From: Pristiophorus japonicus
Lineage: Eukaryota
DNA: 64,000 bases
Direction: 5' to 3'
NCBI RefSeq assembly: GCF_044704955.1
Contig: NC_091977.1
Location: 52,700,001-52,764,000, forward strand
Shown here: in pieces, positions 12,760-25,849 of the stretch
Numbering within the stretch: position 1 is the first letter of the stretch
Layout of the letters: every line of letters starts with the position of its first letter
Translations under genes and position numbers: made by a program
The notes under the pieces: generated by a model
Told to the model about the DNA's origin: nothing
What the model saw: the letters and a program-made list of their open reading frames with translations, nothing else
Databases searched by the model: none

Positions 12760-13767
12760 CACCTCACAACTTGAGCCTCCTCGGGGAAATCCCCTCCGTG
12801 CCTTTCAGTTCTGCGCGGAGCGGATTCCTGTACGGGGGCTGCTCTTGCACACTCTCCACCTTGCCATTCTCGTCTGCTGTCCGGACATGCCATGGCGCAC
12901 CATCTTGCCGACCGGAGGAGGCAGGGGTCCCCAATGGAGTGCACTCTACGCGGGAGTCCTCTCCCCTATTTATTGGGGACTTGGCCTGGAGGGTGTTGCA
13001 CGGAGCAGTCCCGTGCAATAAGTTTTTAAATCGGTTCACGGGCTCCCAGGCCGCCTGCAATTTCTGCGGTCTGGAAGAGTCCGTGTTCCATGTTTTTACT
13101 GAGTGTGCGAGGTTGCAGCTCCTCTTCCAATATTTGAAGGGGCTGCTCTTCAAATTCTGGTTGCACTTCAGTCCCACACTCCTGATCTTTGGGCACCTTG
13201 TGGGGAGGGGAGCGGGCAGGTCAGAAGGCCTCCTCGTAGGACTGCTCCTGGGCATGGCCAAGGGGGCCATCAGCCGGACCGGGCAGCAGATGGTTGAGGG
13301 GGTCGTTCAGCCCGACTTCCTGCCTCTCTTCCGCAGTTACATCCGGGTCAGGGTGTCCCTGGAGATGGAGCACGCGGTGTCCATTGGTACGCTCACGGCC
13401 TTCTGTGAGAGGTGGGCGCCGGAGGGACTGGAGTGCACCATCACCCCCCGGCAACCAAATTTTAATTTGATTATTATTGTTTAAAGCTTAATTTGTCGAT
13501 GTTTGTCAGTTTTAGTGCCCCCCCCCACCCCCCTCCTTTAACCAGGGGGCACTTGTATAATTTGCATTTTGATGTCCTCTGAAAAAAAAAAAAAACAAGG
13601 GGGCACCTGAAAAGTTTTTGGAGTGTGCCCCTCCTTTTAATCAGGGGGCACTTGATTATTGTCTTCAACTAAAATAGTTGCAGAGCTGTTGGGGGCGTGG
13701 CCTATTCACTTGGGAGGTGCTGCAACTGCTCCTGCAGCCTGCAAACCTGTGTACCCAGGAAGAGGAA
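12760..13767 (+). mobile_element. Tx1-clade LINE 3' fragment with 12-bp TSD
   Basis: GDLAWRVLHGAV...CNFCGLEESVFHVFTECARL zf-RVT motif; direct repeat AAGCCCTACAGA at 12748-12759 and 13768-13779. Confidence 0.85.
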
Positions 13768-13842
13768 AAGCCCTACAGAATTTGGTTTAAAAAAAACACA
13801 GACCAACTGGACTCACTATAGGATTGTCACCTGCCAACGAGT

Positions 13843-14923
13843 CATCATCATCATCATCACAGGCAGTCCCTTGAAATCGAGGAAGACTTGCTTCCACTAA
13901 AGTGAGTTCTCAGGTGACTGAACAGTCCAATACGAGAATTACAGTCTCTGTCACAGGTGGGACAGACAGTGGTTGAAGAAAAGGGTGGGTGGGGAGTCTG
14001 GTTTGCGCACGCTCCTTCTGTTGCCTGTGCTTGTTTTCTGCCTGCTCTTGGCGACGAGTCTCGGTGTTCAGCCCCCTTCTGGATGCTCTTTCTCCACTTA
14101 GGCCGGTCTTTAGCCAGGCATTCCGAGGTTTCGATGGGGATGTATCACTTTATCAAGGAGGCTTTGAAGGTGTCCTTTAAACGTTTCCTTTGCCCACCTG
14201 GGGATCGCTTGCGTGTAGGCGTTCCAAATAGAGCGCTTACTTTGGGAGTCTTGTGTCGGGCATGAGGACAATGTGGCCCGCCCAGCGGAGCTGGTCGAGT
14301 GTGGTCAGTGCTTCGATGCTGGAGATGTTGGCCTGATCGAGAACACTGACTATGCGTCTATCCTCCGAGGGCAATTGCAGGATCTTGTGGAGACATTGTT
14401 GGTGGTATTTCTCCAGCGATTTGACATGTCTACTGTATATGGTCCATGTCTGAGCCTTACAGGAGGGTGGGTATCACTACAGCCCTGTAGACCATAAGCT
14501 TGGTGCCAGATTTGAGGGCCTGGTCTTCGAACACTCTCTTCCTCAGGCGACCAAAGGCTGTGCTGGTGCACTGGAGGCGGTGTTGAACCTCGTTGTCGAT
14601 GTCTGCCCTTGCTGATAGTAGGCTCCTGAGGTATGGAAAGTGATCCACCTTGTCCAAGGCCGCACCGTGGATTTTGATGACCAGGGGGAAGTGCTGTGTG
14701 GCAGGGTCAGGTTGGTGGAGGACCTTTAGTGTAAGGCCCATGCTTTCGTACGCCTCGGTGAAGATGTTGACGATGGCTTGGAGTTCAGCCTCTGAATGTG
14801 CGCAGATGCAAGTGTCGTCCGCATACTGTAGTTCGATGACAGAGGATGGGACGGTCTTGGATCTAGTCTAGAGGCGACGAAGGTTGAACAGGTTCCCACT
14901 GGTTCTATAGTTTTGTTCCACTA
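13843..14923 (-). mobile_element. RTE-clade LINE 3' fragment
   Basis: ELQYADD, VDHFPYLRSLLS, TKLMVYRAVVIPTLL on minus strand; (ATG)n tail; flanks AACGAGT / AATGAGT (probable TSD with CpG decay). Confidence 0.9.
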
Positions 14924-15115
14924 AATGAGTACTTGCTACAGCAAACACTATGAATAAGTTGTTTCTGCTTTCTCCCAGTACCACTGAAAAAGGCTTTATT
15001 TTCTTCAGAATTGTGCGCTTGCTGTGATGTGCTGGGTTGTCGGCTCTGGCTGTGATTTGTCTGTCCAAGAAGCAGGATCTATTTCTTTGTGACTTGTGAG
15101 CTGCCACCTTGCATT

Positions 15116-16004
15116 GGGCCCAACATTGGCCATGGCTTGCATCAATTTTTTTGGAGTAAGTTGTTTTTTCTGGCGTAAGTTTAAAAAATGACATTTTCCC
15201 CCAAGAATTTGCTCCAGAGTAAGTCAGTTAGGTCAGTTTTTTTTTTAGGTCAGTTTTTTAGGTCAGACACTTATGCCAGTTTTGGCCATTTATGCCACTT
15301 TGGACAGCAAAAACTTACTCCAAATCCACTTAGGTCAGTGTATGTGGCCAGCTCTGAAAAACCTTGCGCAGTGAAGAAAAAGCAGCGAAGAAAAGCAGCG
15401 CACATTCGGTAGACATTATGGCAGGGATAGGGGAGGGAAGAGAACTGGAGAGGACCTCAACAACCAAGCACCAAACATTGCAAGGAAAAGCTCAAACCAT
15501 TAAAATACAATTAAAAAAGTATATCCTACCTTATCTTTAAAGTCTGCCCGGGAAAGGCAGCAGGCCGGCCTGTGCGTGAGGCCATTCGGCCTGGGATAGG
15601 GGAGGGAACTGGAGAAGTGCGAGCTTCTGGACGCCGTCTCACTGAGGGGGCGGGTGCCGCCAAGCAACCGAAGAAGTCACAGCTGCTGGGCCGGGGCTGT
15701 CTCACTGGGTGATGGGAGGGGGCGCCGCCGAACGACCGGAGCCAGATTTTGTCACTATTGCGCATGCGCGCACGTCGGGCCGGCACGACTGTGCATGCAC
15801 ACAGGTGCCGGCACTGTTTTTGGCGCTGGGGTTTGGCTCCGCCCCCCACTTCAGCATGCACGCCACACCAGGACTCCGAGGACTGTGAACAGCGGCGAGG
15901 ATGGGGCGATTTATTTTTCTTTTCCCCAGCGCCGTTTCCAGCATGCAAAGTCGGCGCGCTTCAGGTCAATGCGCCGAAAAAAGGGCTTGGGCAATGTTGG
16001 GCCC
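15116..16004. mobile_element. GC-rich non-autonomous TIR element (PIF/Harbinger-like), no cargo
   Basis: Perfect TIR GGGCCCAACATTG / CAATGTTGGGCCC; 3-bp TSD ATT in context c-ATT-g; blocks GTTAGGTCAGTTT, TCCTACCTTA and GCTCCGCCCCC shared with 54229-55697. Confidence 0.8.
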
Positions 16005-18179
16005 ATTGACTGGAGAGAATTTACACGTTTTTGAGCACAGTGTACATTCAGTCTACTGTTACTGGACTCCAATCCAATCCCCTTCAGGAGTTCTGGGGAT
16101 ATATCCAGGGTGCTGTAGATAACTTTCACTTGTGTGTAATTATCTTGAAGGATTAATGAGTATTTTAAGCAGAAAAGGTTTATTTAAAAACTGAAAATGT
16201 GTCAGTTGGCAGCAAAATGGCACCTGGCTCCAAACTTAAATCCATCATTCTGTGTTAATGTAAAAATGTTGAAGATATTGTGAGACAATTTGGCTACCGT
16301 GTTTCCGACATTACAACAGTGACTACACTTCAAAAAAGTACTTCATGGACTGTGAAGTGCTTTGGGACATCCTGAGGTTGTGAAAGACGCTATATAAATG
16401 CAAGTTCTTTCTTTAAAGACTTTAATGTAACATTGCGCTATTCCATTTGACATTCTAATCCTTTGACATGTTGGTGGTCTTTTTCCATCCAGTGGAAGTG
16501 ATGACAACGTTACATCTTACAGTGCATCTGAACAAACAAACATGCAATCTGTTGAATGTTAGAAAGTACAACCGAGTTTCGTGAACCTTTTATGAGGAAT
16601 GATGGTAGTTTGTGTGAAAATGTGCGTTTGTAATTTTTCAATTGCACTGTAGTCATGGGAAAATATTCGTAATAGATGTAGTTTATCAAAGAAAGACTTC
16701 ACTACGTCTGAAACTTGGAGGAAAAACGTGTCTGCATGTTTCATTGATTAGTTCATACATGCATTTTTCAAACAAGCTATCACTCCTATCTTAATAATTG
16801 ATTTTAATATTATGACGTTTCCTGTTTTAAGATACCAACTCTTTTGTTGATCTCGGGATGGAAAGTTCCACAAAATGTCGTGGTTACTCATATGTCAAGT
16901 GGTTGTTAGATACATCATCAGAGATAGAAAGACAGTTAAACCTTCTGATATAAACAGACCACCAGTTACTGGTCCTTGATGGTTGTTTTGTTACATCTGG
17001 TGAAGCTTAACATAAAGCAGGTTTTAGATGAGATATTTCTAAGTGGGTGGTGGTCTCTGAGGATTAATAATGTACTGATAGTTCAGACTCAAAAACAAGA
17101 CTACTTAGTTCGCAGGGTGATTAGGTATTTCCATGAGTAAGTACTGGAGCAGTAGGTGCCTGGTAAATGTATATCTCTGCCCTTTGTAAGGACCCTATTC
17201 TCATATTTTCCATTTTCAATAGAATGACTTGCTTGTTGTAGTCTGGGGTTTATGTGCCTGTTTCCTTGAATTATAAATCTTTACGAGTCAATTTCCCATG
17301 GCATGGGCAGTGAAAACCCAGAGCAGTCTTCAGGCAAAAGGGATTAGATAATTGGACCAGGGCATGCAGACATAATTCAGTCCCCATTTTAAAATCATAT
17401 GTTCTGTCCATATTTTTATATAATACTTTGATAAAACTTAGTAATTTGGGAACAGAGAACTACAGTGGGTTGCAGTTTCTCTGCAATACCAACTGAAGTG
17501 CTGATAGACACATAACCAAGGTGGTACAATGCCACCACTGGTGGGAGGGTATAATTACAATCTGAGAAGTTTATACAATTTCCATTATAAAAGCAGACAG
17601 AGGAATTTATAAGAGGAATTTATAATGGGGAAAGTTGACATAGGAAGTGTGTGCAACAGAAAGGATTTTAATATATTTAAAGATTTAAATGGAGACTCAT
17701 AGTTTTGTCACTTTAAAAAAAATTTTAAGTAGGCTGAGGAGCTCAATCCCTCTTAGTGACTGAGTTTCCTTGGATTGTTCCCATCCCCTTCAACTTGCAC
17801 CTCCTCTCCAGTGCCAAGTCTAATCCTGCCTAATCCGTTGCTAATCTGATGAGCCATTGGGGCAGGCTTTCCCTGGATTTTTGCTGGGTCATTAGACAGA
17901 ACAATTCATGGTGTTGGAGAGCTTCTTCCTGAGGGAAAAAACTCTCGGGCTGGACCTACAATGAACAGCTGCAATCTACCAGTCTCTAAGTTGAATTGAC
18001 AGCAAACTTGGCAAAGACCAGCTCTTTTCCACAGTAGCGGCTGAAGGACGAAGGGTCACAGAATTTGATAGAATTTAGGATCTAACGAGAGAAAGAGGAG
18101 GGCACCAGATGCAGAAAGTAAATGCTGGGAATACCGTAGTCCATTGCCGATGTATGCAGTACATATTGTATTTATATCG

Positions 18180-19806
18180 CAGAAACAGGCCATTTAGCCC
18201 AACAGGTCCATGCCGCTGTTTATGCCCCACATGAGCCTCCTCCCACCCTTCTCCATCTAACTCCATTAACATATCCTTCTATTCATTGCTCCCTCGTATT
18301 TATCTTGCTTCCCCCTGAGTGCACCTATGCACCTCTGCGACTCGTTGTGGCAGTGGGTTCCACATTCTAATCGCTTGCTGGGTAAAGAAGTCTTTCCTGC
18401 ATTGCCTTTGGATTTATTAGTGACTATCTTATATTTATGGCCCTTAGTTCTGGTCTCCCCCACAAGTGGAAACATCATCTCTGCATCTACCCTATTGAAC
18501 CCTTTCATAATCCTAAAGACCTCTATCAGGTCATCTTTTAGTCTCCTCTTTTCTAGCGAAAAGAGCCCCCGTTTGCTCAGTCTCTGCTGCTAGGTATAAC
18601 CTCTCAGTTCTGGTATCATTCTGGTAAATTCAGTTTGCACCCTTGTCATTGCCTCTATATCATTCTTATAACATGGAGACCAGAACTGTTCACAATACTC
18701 CAAATGTGGTCTAGCCAAGGTGTTATACAAGTTTAACATAACTTCATAGAATCATAGAATTATCAAATAGTACACCACAGAAGGTGACCATTTGGCCCAT
18801 CGAGTCTGTGCCGACTCTTTTGAAGAGCAATCCAGTTAGTAACTCTCCCTGGCTCTTTGCCCATATCCCTGCAATTTTTTCTCCTTCAAGTATTTATCAA
18901 GTTTCCTTTTGAAGGCTATTATTGAATCTGTACCCACCGCCCCATCAGGCAGTGCATTTCAAACCGTAACCACTCGTTGTGTAAAGATGTTTCTCTTCGG
19001 GTCACCACCGATTCTTTTGCCAATTACCTTAAATCTGTGTCCTCTGTTAATGGACCTTTCAGCCACTGGTAACACTTTCTCTTTATTTATCGTTATCGAA
19101 ACCATTCATGATTTTAAACACCTCTATCAAATCTCTACTTAGCCTCCTCTGCTCCAAAGATAACAACCCCAGTTTCTCTAGTCTATCCATGTAACTCTAT
19201 TCCCTCAACCTTGGAACCATTCCAGTAAATCTCTTCTGAATCCTCTCAAGCCTCCACGTCCTTCCGAAATTGTGGTTCCTAACTTATCTGCTTCTCAATT
19301 CTATCCCTCTGGAAATGAACCCCAGTGCTTGGTTTGCTTTTTTTCATGGCATTATGAACCTGTGTTGCTACTTTTACTGATTTGTGTATCTGTACCCCCA
19401 GATCCCTCTTCTCCTCTACCCCATTTACACACTTATTCTTCCTACCAAAATATACCACTTCACTCTTATCTATATTGGAGTTCATTTGCCAATTACACAT
19501 CCATTCTGCATGTTTATTAATATCTTCCTGTAATTGGTTGCCATTTGATCCTTCGAGCCTACCTACTCTGTCATTCATTAAGATCATAACTGATTTTCTA
19601 CCACAACTCTAAATTCTCCCTTCTCCCCCGCCCCCCACGTCCAGTTCTAGACTACCCAGTCACTGAAAACATCCTCGCAGCATCTACTCTGTCAAGCCAC
19701 ATAAGAATTTTATATGTTTCAATGAGCTCACCTCTCATTCATCTAAATGCAAGGGAATACAGGTCCAGTCTACTCCATCTCTCCTCATAGGACCATCCCC
19801 TCATCT
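18180..19806 (-). mobile_element. Cluster of nested minus-strand CR1 fragments
   Basis: CR1 at 18180-18745 resumes at about 19273-19520 around a second CR1 3' end (18746-19272); another piece at 19655-19806. Confidence 0.85.
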
Positions 19807-19970
19807 CGCTCTGGGCCTCACTCTATTCCCCCGCTCCGCTCTGGGCCTCGCTCTATTCCCCCGCTCCGCTCTGGGCCTCGCTCTATTCCCCCGCTCCGCT
19901 CTGGGCCTCGCTCTATTCCCCCGCTCCGCTCTGGGCCTCGCTCTATTCCCCCGCTCCACTCTGGGCCTCG
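19806..19970. repeat. Minisatellite, 30-bp unit, about 5.5 copies
   Basis: CTCGCTCTATTCCCCCGCTCCGCTCTGGGC repeated almost perfectly. Confidence 0.97.
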
Positions 19971-20497
19971 GCGTTTTCTGAACTTTTGAACTTTGGGACT
20001 GGCCAGCAAAATGTAAATTCCTATGTTCCTAAAATTAATCAAATATACCATAGCACATTAAATATAATTAGGATAATTGATTCATTTTCCCTGCTAGTTA
20101 AATGATGAATACCCTTTATGTTTCATAAATATGGAACTTTTTATGAATTTAGAAACATTAGTGGCTTTGTGAGACGGTTTACATTTTAATGTCACTGTTT
20201 TGCTCCAACTCTTAGCAGTCAACACATTGCCCGTTAATTCCAAATTAAAAGTGTGTGCAGTGTCAAGGTTTGTCGTGGATCAATTCTAGTCAACATCTCT
20301 GCCTTTCTTAGTCTTGCTGCTTTGTGGGTGAACCCATGCTTCTTATCATAGCTGAAATTGCTCCATGTGCCCTATGGCCATAAAGTGTGATTTCACCGAC
20401 ACCAAGGAGCATGAGTAAGAGCTGCCACCATTAAGTACTGAAAGCCCAGAGAATAGATATACTAAAGCTGTACCGGTAGAGGGAATAGAACGGTGGC

Positions 20498-20768
20498 AGA
20501 TAAAAAGCTAGTATCAGTAATGGTGACCATGAAACTACCAGACTGTCATTAAAAACCTACCTGGTTCACTCGTGTCCTTTAGGGAAGGAAACCTGGTCTG
20601 GCCTGTATTTGACTCCTGACCCACAGTGATGTGGTTGACTCTTAACTGCCCTCTGAAATGGCCGAGCATTCAAGAAGAATGTATTCAAGTAGACGGCTCA
20701 CCACCTTCTCAAGGCCAATTAGGGATGGCCTTACTGGCGACGTCCACATCCCATGAATGAATAAAAAG
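20498..20768 (+). mobile_element. 5'-truncated MetaSINE-like copy
   Basis: Same core and tail as 9193-9581. Confidence 0.75.
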
Positions 20769-20934
20769 AATCAGAACGAGGTTGATTGGCAAGCTGTGAG
20801 AAATAAAGTGTACAAATATTTAATTTTGCAACTGCTCTCTTGCTACCTCCCCAGCCAAGAAACTTCCCAGAATTTTAAAACATTTTTTTAGAGGTTTTTC
20901 CCACTGCATCTCTTCCCCAACCCTGTCTGAGACC

Positions 20935-23826
20935 ATCTTGGCCCCTCTTGGAACCCCGGTTGGTTCCCTCTTCTCAGGTACTGTCTCTCATACTTTCAAA
21001 ACCACCATCATCACCCCCTCCTCAAAAAGCCCACCCTCAACAACTCTCACTCTATCTTCAACCTTGCTTTCCTCTCAAGTTCTCAAACGTGCTGTTGCCT
21101 CCCAAATTCAAACACATCTTTCCTGCAACTCCATGTTTAAAGCTCTCCAATCAAGATTCCATCCTTTCCACAGTACTCAGCCCGAACCAAAGTCCCAAAT
21201 AGCATCCTCTGTGACTGTGACCGTGGTGTACTATCCCTTCTCATCTTCCCCCAACCTCTCCATGCTTGACCACACCAATCACCTCCAATGCCTTTCCTCC
21301 ATTGTCCAGCACAGTGCGACTGCCCTCACTGTCCCACTCTTACCTATCCGATCATTGCCAGAGCATCTCTCGGAATGGCTTCTCTTCCCACCTCTGCACT
21401 CTTAGTTCCGAAATCTCCCAAGGATCTGTCCTTGGCCCTCTCCTCTTCCTCATCTACATGCTGCCTCTTGGCGACACCCACCACAAATATGGGGGTCAGC
21501 TTCCACATGTACACTGATGACACCCAACACCACCACTCCACCACCTCTCTCAAACTGTACGTTGCCTCTCTGTGTCAGCCTGCTTGTCCATTATCCAGTT
21601 TTGGATGAGCCCCAGTTTCCACTAGTTAAACATTTGGAAGACTGTAGTCATTGTCTTCGGACCCCTCTACAAACCCCTGTTTGCTTGCCACTGATTCCGT
21701 TCCCCTACTGGCCATTGTCCCAGGTTAAAACAGACCATTCACAAACTCAGCATCTTATTCAATCTAAATCTAAGATACCCACCCCATGTACTCTCCATCA
21801 CAAAGACTACCTACTACCATTTCCATAACATCACCCACCTCAGTCCATCTGCTCATCCATGTCTTTGTCCCCTCCAGACTTAAGTGTCCAAAAGCTCTCC
21901 TGGCTGGCCTCTCTTTCTTCACCCCCCACTATTTAAAAAAGGAGGGAGCGAGAAAACGGGGAACGACAGACTGATTAGCCTGACATCAGTAGTAGGAAAA
22001 ATGCTGGAGTCTATTATAAAGGATGTGATAACGGCACACTTAGATAATATCAACAGGATTAAACAAAGTCACCATGGATTTATGAAAGGAAAATCATGTT
22101 TGACAAACCTACTGGAGTTTTTTGAAGATGTAACTGATAAAATAGATAAGGGAGAACCAGTGAATGTAGTGTATTTGGATTTTCAGAAGGCCTTTGATAA
22201 AGTCCCACATAAGAGGATAGTGTGTAAAATTAAAGCACATAGGATTGGGGGTAATGTATTGGCATGGATTGAAAATTGGTTAAATGACAGGAAACAGAGA
22301 GCAGGAATAAACGGGTCTTTTTTGGGGTGGCGGGCAGTGACTAGTGGGGTACCACATGGATCAGTGCTTGGACCCCAGCTATTCACAATACATATAAATG
22401 ATTTGGAGGAGGAAACCAAATGTAATATTTCCAAGTTTGCTGATGACACAAAACTAGGTGGGATTGTGAGTTGTGAGGAGGATGCAAAGACGCTGCAAGG
22501 CGATTTAGATAGGTTGAGTGAGTGGACAAACACATGGCAGATGCAGTATAATGTAAAGTTATCCATTTTGATAAGAAAAACATAAGGACAAAGTATTATT
22601 TAAATGGTGATGGCTTGGGAAATGTCGATGTACAGAAGGACCTGGGTGTCCTTGTACACCAGTCATTGAAAGCAAACATGCAGGTGCAGCAAGCAGTTAG
22701 GAAGGCAAATGGTATGTTGGCCTTCATTGCAAGAAGATTTGAGTACAGGAACAAGGATGTCTTACTACAGTTATACAGGGCCATAGTGAGACTGCACCTG
22801 GAGTATTGTGTGCAGTTTTGGTCTCCTTACCTAAGAAAGGATATACTTGCCATAGAGGGAGTGCAGCGAAGGTTTACCAGACTGATTCCTGGGATGGCAG
22901 GACTGTCATATGAGGAGAGATTGGGTCGACTAGGCCTGTATTCACTAGAGTTTAGAAGAATGAGAGGGGATCTCATTGAAACGTATAAAAATTTGACTGG
23001 GTTGGATAGACTGGATGTGGGGAGGATGTTTCCCCTGGCTGGGAAGTCTAGAACAAGGGGTCACAGTCTCAGGATACGGGGTAGGAAATTTAGGAGCAAG
23101 ATTAGGAGAAATTTTTTCACTCAGACGGTGGTGAACCTGTGGAATTCTCTACCACAGAAAGCTGTGGAGGCCAAGTCACTGAATATATTTAAGAGGGAGA
23201 TAGATAGATTTCTAGAAACAAAAGGCATTAAGGGGTATGGGGAAAAAGCGGGAATATGGTGTTGAGATAGAGGATCAGCCATGATCATGTTGAATGGCGG
23301 TGCAGACTCGAAGGGCCAAATGGCCTGCTACAGCTCCTATTTTCTATCTATGTTTCCATAAACTTCAGCTCATCCAAACCTCTACTGCTCGTGTCCTATC
23401 CCACAGCAAGTCTCGCTCACCCATCACTCCTGTCCTTGTTGACATATGGTTTCTAATCTCCCATTTAATTTACATCCTTGTGTTTAAATCCTTTCATGGC
23501 CTCACCCCTCCTTATCTCTGTAACCTCCTCCAGCCTGACAGTCACACCACCAGAACACTCCATTCTTCTGACTCTGGCCTTTTGTGCATCTCACTCACCC
23601 TTTGCCTCACCATTTGCCTTCAGCTATCTAAGTCCCGTGTTCTGGAATTCCTTACCTAACCATCGCCACCTCCTTCTCCTCCTTTAAGCCCTCTTTAAAA
23701 CCCACCTCTGACCTAGCTATCTGTGACCAGTATATCTCCTCCTTTGACTTGCAGCCTATTTTCGTCTTATTACCGCTCTGTGGACTTGGAATATTTTTCT
23801 ACACTAAAGGCGCTATATAAATGGAA
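20935..23826 (+). mobile_element. L2 LINE ORF2 remnant (split by CR1 at 21925-23356)
   Basis: QGSVLGPLLFLIYMLPLG, FHMYTDDTQ, then after the CR1 KLQLIQTSTARVL and the L2 tail. Confidence 0.9.
21925..23356 (+). mobile_element. HER1/CR1 LINE, 5'-truncated ORF2
   Basis: YLDFQKAFDKVPH, SKFADDTKLGG, LEYCVQFWSP, CR1 3' UTR. Confidence 0.95.
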
Positions 23827-24041
23827 GATGCCATACATCAGAATCAATCCCCAATACAAACCTTGCCCAGTATTTCCCCACAGCTGTTGTTAAATCCTAG
23901 AATCTGTTCCGCAGTGTTACCAAACCCATGTATCTACCTCCAATCTGTTACACATTGCCTACAATCCTTTTGTCTATAATCTTAAAAAAAATAAACAAAT
24001 GTATAAGACAGTCCTCACCATTTATAGCACCCACACTAACG

Positions 24042-24694
24042 GCAGGATGGCATGTTGGCCTTCATAGCAAGGGGATTTGAGTACAGGGGCAGGGAGGTGT
24101 TGCTACAGTTGTACAGGGCATTGGTGAGGCCACACCTGGAGTATTGTGTACAGTTTTGGTCTCCTAACCTGAGGAAGGACATTCTTGCTATTGAGGGAGT
24201 GCAGCGAAGGTTCACCAGACTGATTCCCGGGATGGCGGGACTGACCTATCAAGAAAGACTGGATCAACTGGGCTTGTATTCACTGGAGTTCAGAAGAATG
24301 AGAGGGGATCTCATAGAAACGTTTAAAATTCTGATGGGTTTAGACAGGTTAGATGCAGGAAGAATGTTCCCAATGTTGGGGAAGTCCAGAACCAGGGGTC
24401 ACAGTCTAAGGATAAGGGGTAAGCCATTTAGGACCGAGATGCAGAGGAACTTCTTCACCCAGAGAGTGGTGAACCTGTGGAATTCTCTACCACAGAAAGT
24501 TGTTGAGGTCAATTCACTAAATATATTCAAAAAGGAGTTAGATGAGGTCCTTACTACTCGGGGGATCAAGGGGTATGGCGAGAAAGCAGGAATGGGGTAC
24601 TGAAGTTGAATGTTCAGCCATGAACTCATTGAATGGCGGTGCAGGCTAGAAGGGCCGAATGGCCTACTCCTGCACCTATTTTCTATGTTTCTAT
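24042..24694 (+). mobile_element. HER1/CR1 LINE 3' fragment (young subfamily)
   Basis: Uninterrupted 183-aa ORF2 C-terminus; nearly identical to 46398-46787. Confidence 0.95.
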
Positions 24695-24913
24695 GATAAC
24701 CATCTGTCTGACAACATTTAACGATAACCATTATCTCTCACTATAGGAATCTATTACAAAGGCACTGCTTACAAAGTATTAAGCATGCGGACTATCTAGG
24801 GCAATTCAGTAAACTCCTAGCACCATTGTTGTTGATGGAGAGCACTTAAAATCCTCTAAAATACACTGACGTTTCAGTGGCAAAAATGAATTAATCAGAA
24901 CGAAAGATAGTGT

Positions 24914-25553
24914 GGGGGCAAAATTTCCCCCTTTTAAAGCCCCGTTAACGCCTCCGGAGGGTGCGGGCCACCGTGCAATCGGCGATGATGTCATTACCGT
25001 GTGGGGTGATCCCTCACCGCCCCCCGCTGACCGTTACCGCCCCGTGGGTCACGAGGCTGGCGCGAGCGGATGTCATCGCCAGCTTCACAGGTCAGGAAGC
25101 TGGCCGACATCTGCTGTGGGACGTTAGTTAAAGGGGAGGGCGACAGCGCCCCGGGTCACCATCTTTTTTTCATTGCCGACTCTTGGGTCGGCTCTGCGAT
25201 GGTGGCCCTAGCATGTTCCGTTTTGGGTGCTGGGCTGCAGGCCCGGTCCAACGCTGGCCTGGTGGAGGCCATCAGAGGCCTTGCGGAGCACGCAGCGCCC
25301 CTCCCCTTTAAGCGAAGGGGAGAGGCATTGAAGCACGTCAGTGCTATGTGGAACATCCACGTAGCGTTTCCCTCACCGCTGCGGTAACCACCCCCGCAAA
25401 GGAAGTGGAGCGCGCGAATTTTCACTCCGTTTCCTTTGAGGCGCGGTAAGCCAAATTCAGCGGCGGGGGCAGGAATTCTGCATCGGGCGCAGAAAGTCCC
25501 GGCCACAGATGCTTACCGCCCGCAATTGGGGGGGGCTGGACAATTTCGTCCCC
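24914..25553. mobile_element. GC-rich MITE with 3-bp TSD
   Basis: TIRs GGGGGCAAAATTT / CAATTTCGTCCCC; TSD TGT (24911-24913, 25554-25556); internal inverted motif TTAAAGGGGAGGG / CCCTCCCCTTTAA. Confidence 0.75.
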
Positions 25554-25667
25554 TGTGTTTATTCATTTGACAAGAATGACAAAAAAGGATGGAAGCCACC
25601 AGTGCCACAGGCAATGGTCCCTCTAATTATATTTTGGGCCGCGTGGCCCCTTTCATAGAAGGGTTGC

Positions 25668-25843
25668 AGCACAGAAGGAGGCCAGTCAGCCTGTCGAGCC
25701 CGTGCCAGCTCTCTGCAAGAGCACATCAGCTAGTCCCTTTCCCCATTCCCTTTCCCTTGCAAATGTTTTTCCTTCAGGTTCTTAGGTTCTTATCCAATTC
25801 TCTTTTGAAAGCCACAATTAAATTTGTCTCCACCACCCTTTCA
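25668..25843 (-). mobile_element. CR1 3' end fragment
   Basis: CAGCACAGAAGGAGGCCA...TCCAATTCTCTTTTGAAAG...CCACCACCCTTTCA; similar pieces at 29260-29362 and 47120-47245. Confidence 0.75.
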
Positions 25844-25849
25844 CCACCC

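Noticed and set aside
15526-16129. CpG-island promoter or GC-rich ORFs
   Set aside because: The CpG-rich block is bounded by TIRs and a TSD and has a relative at 54-55 kb, so it is transposon sequence.
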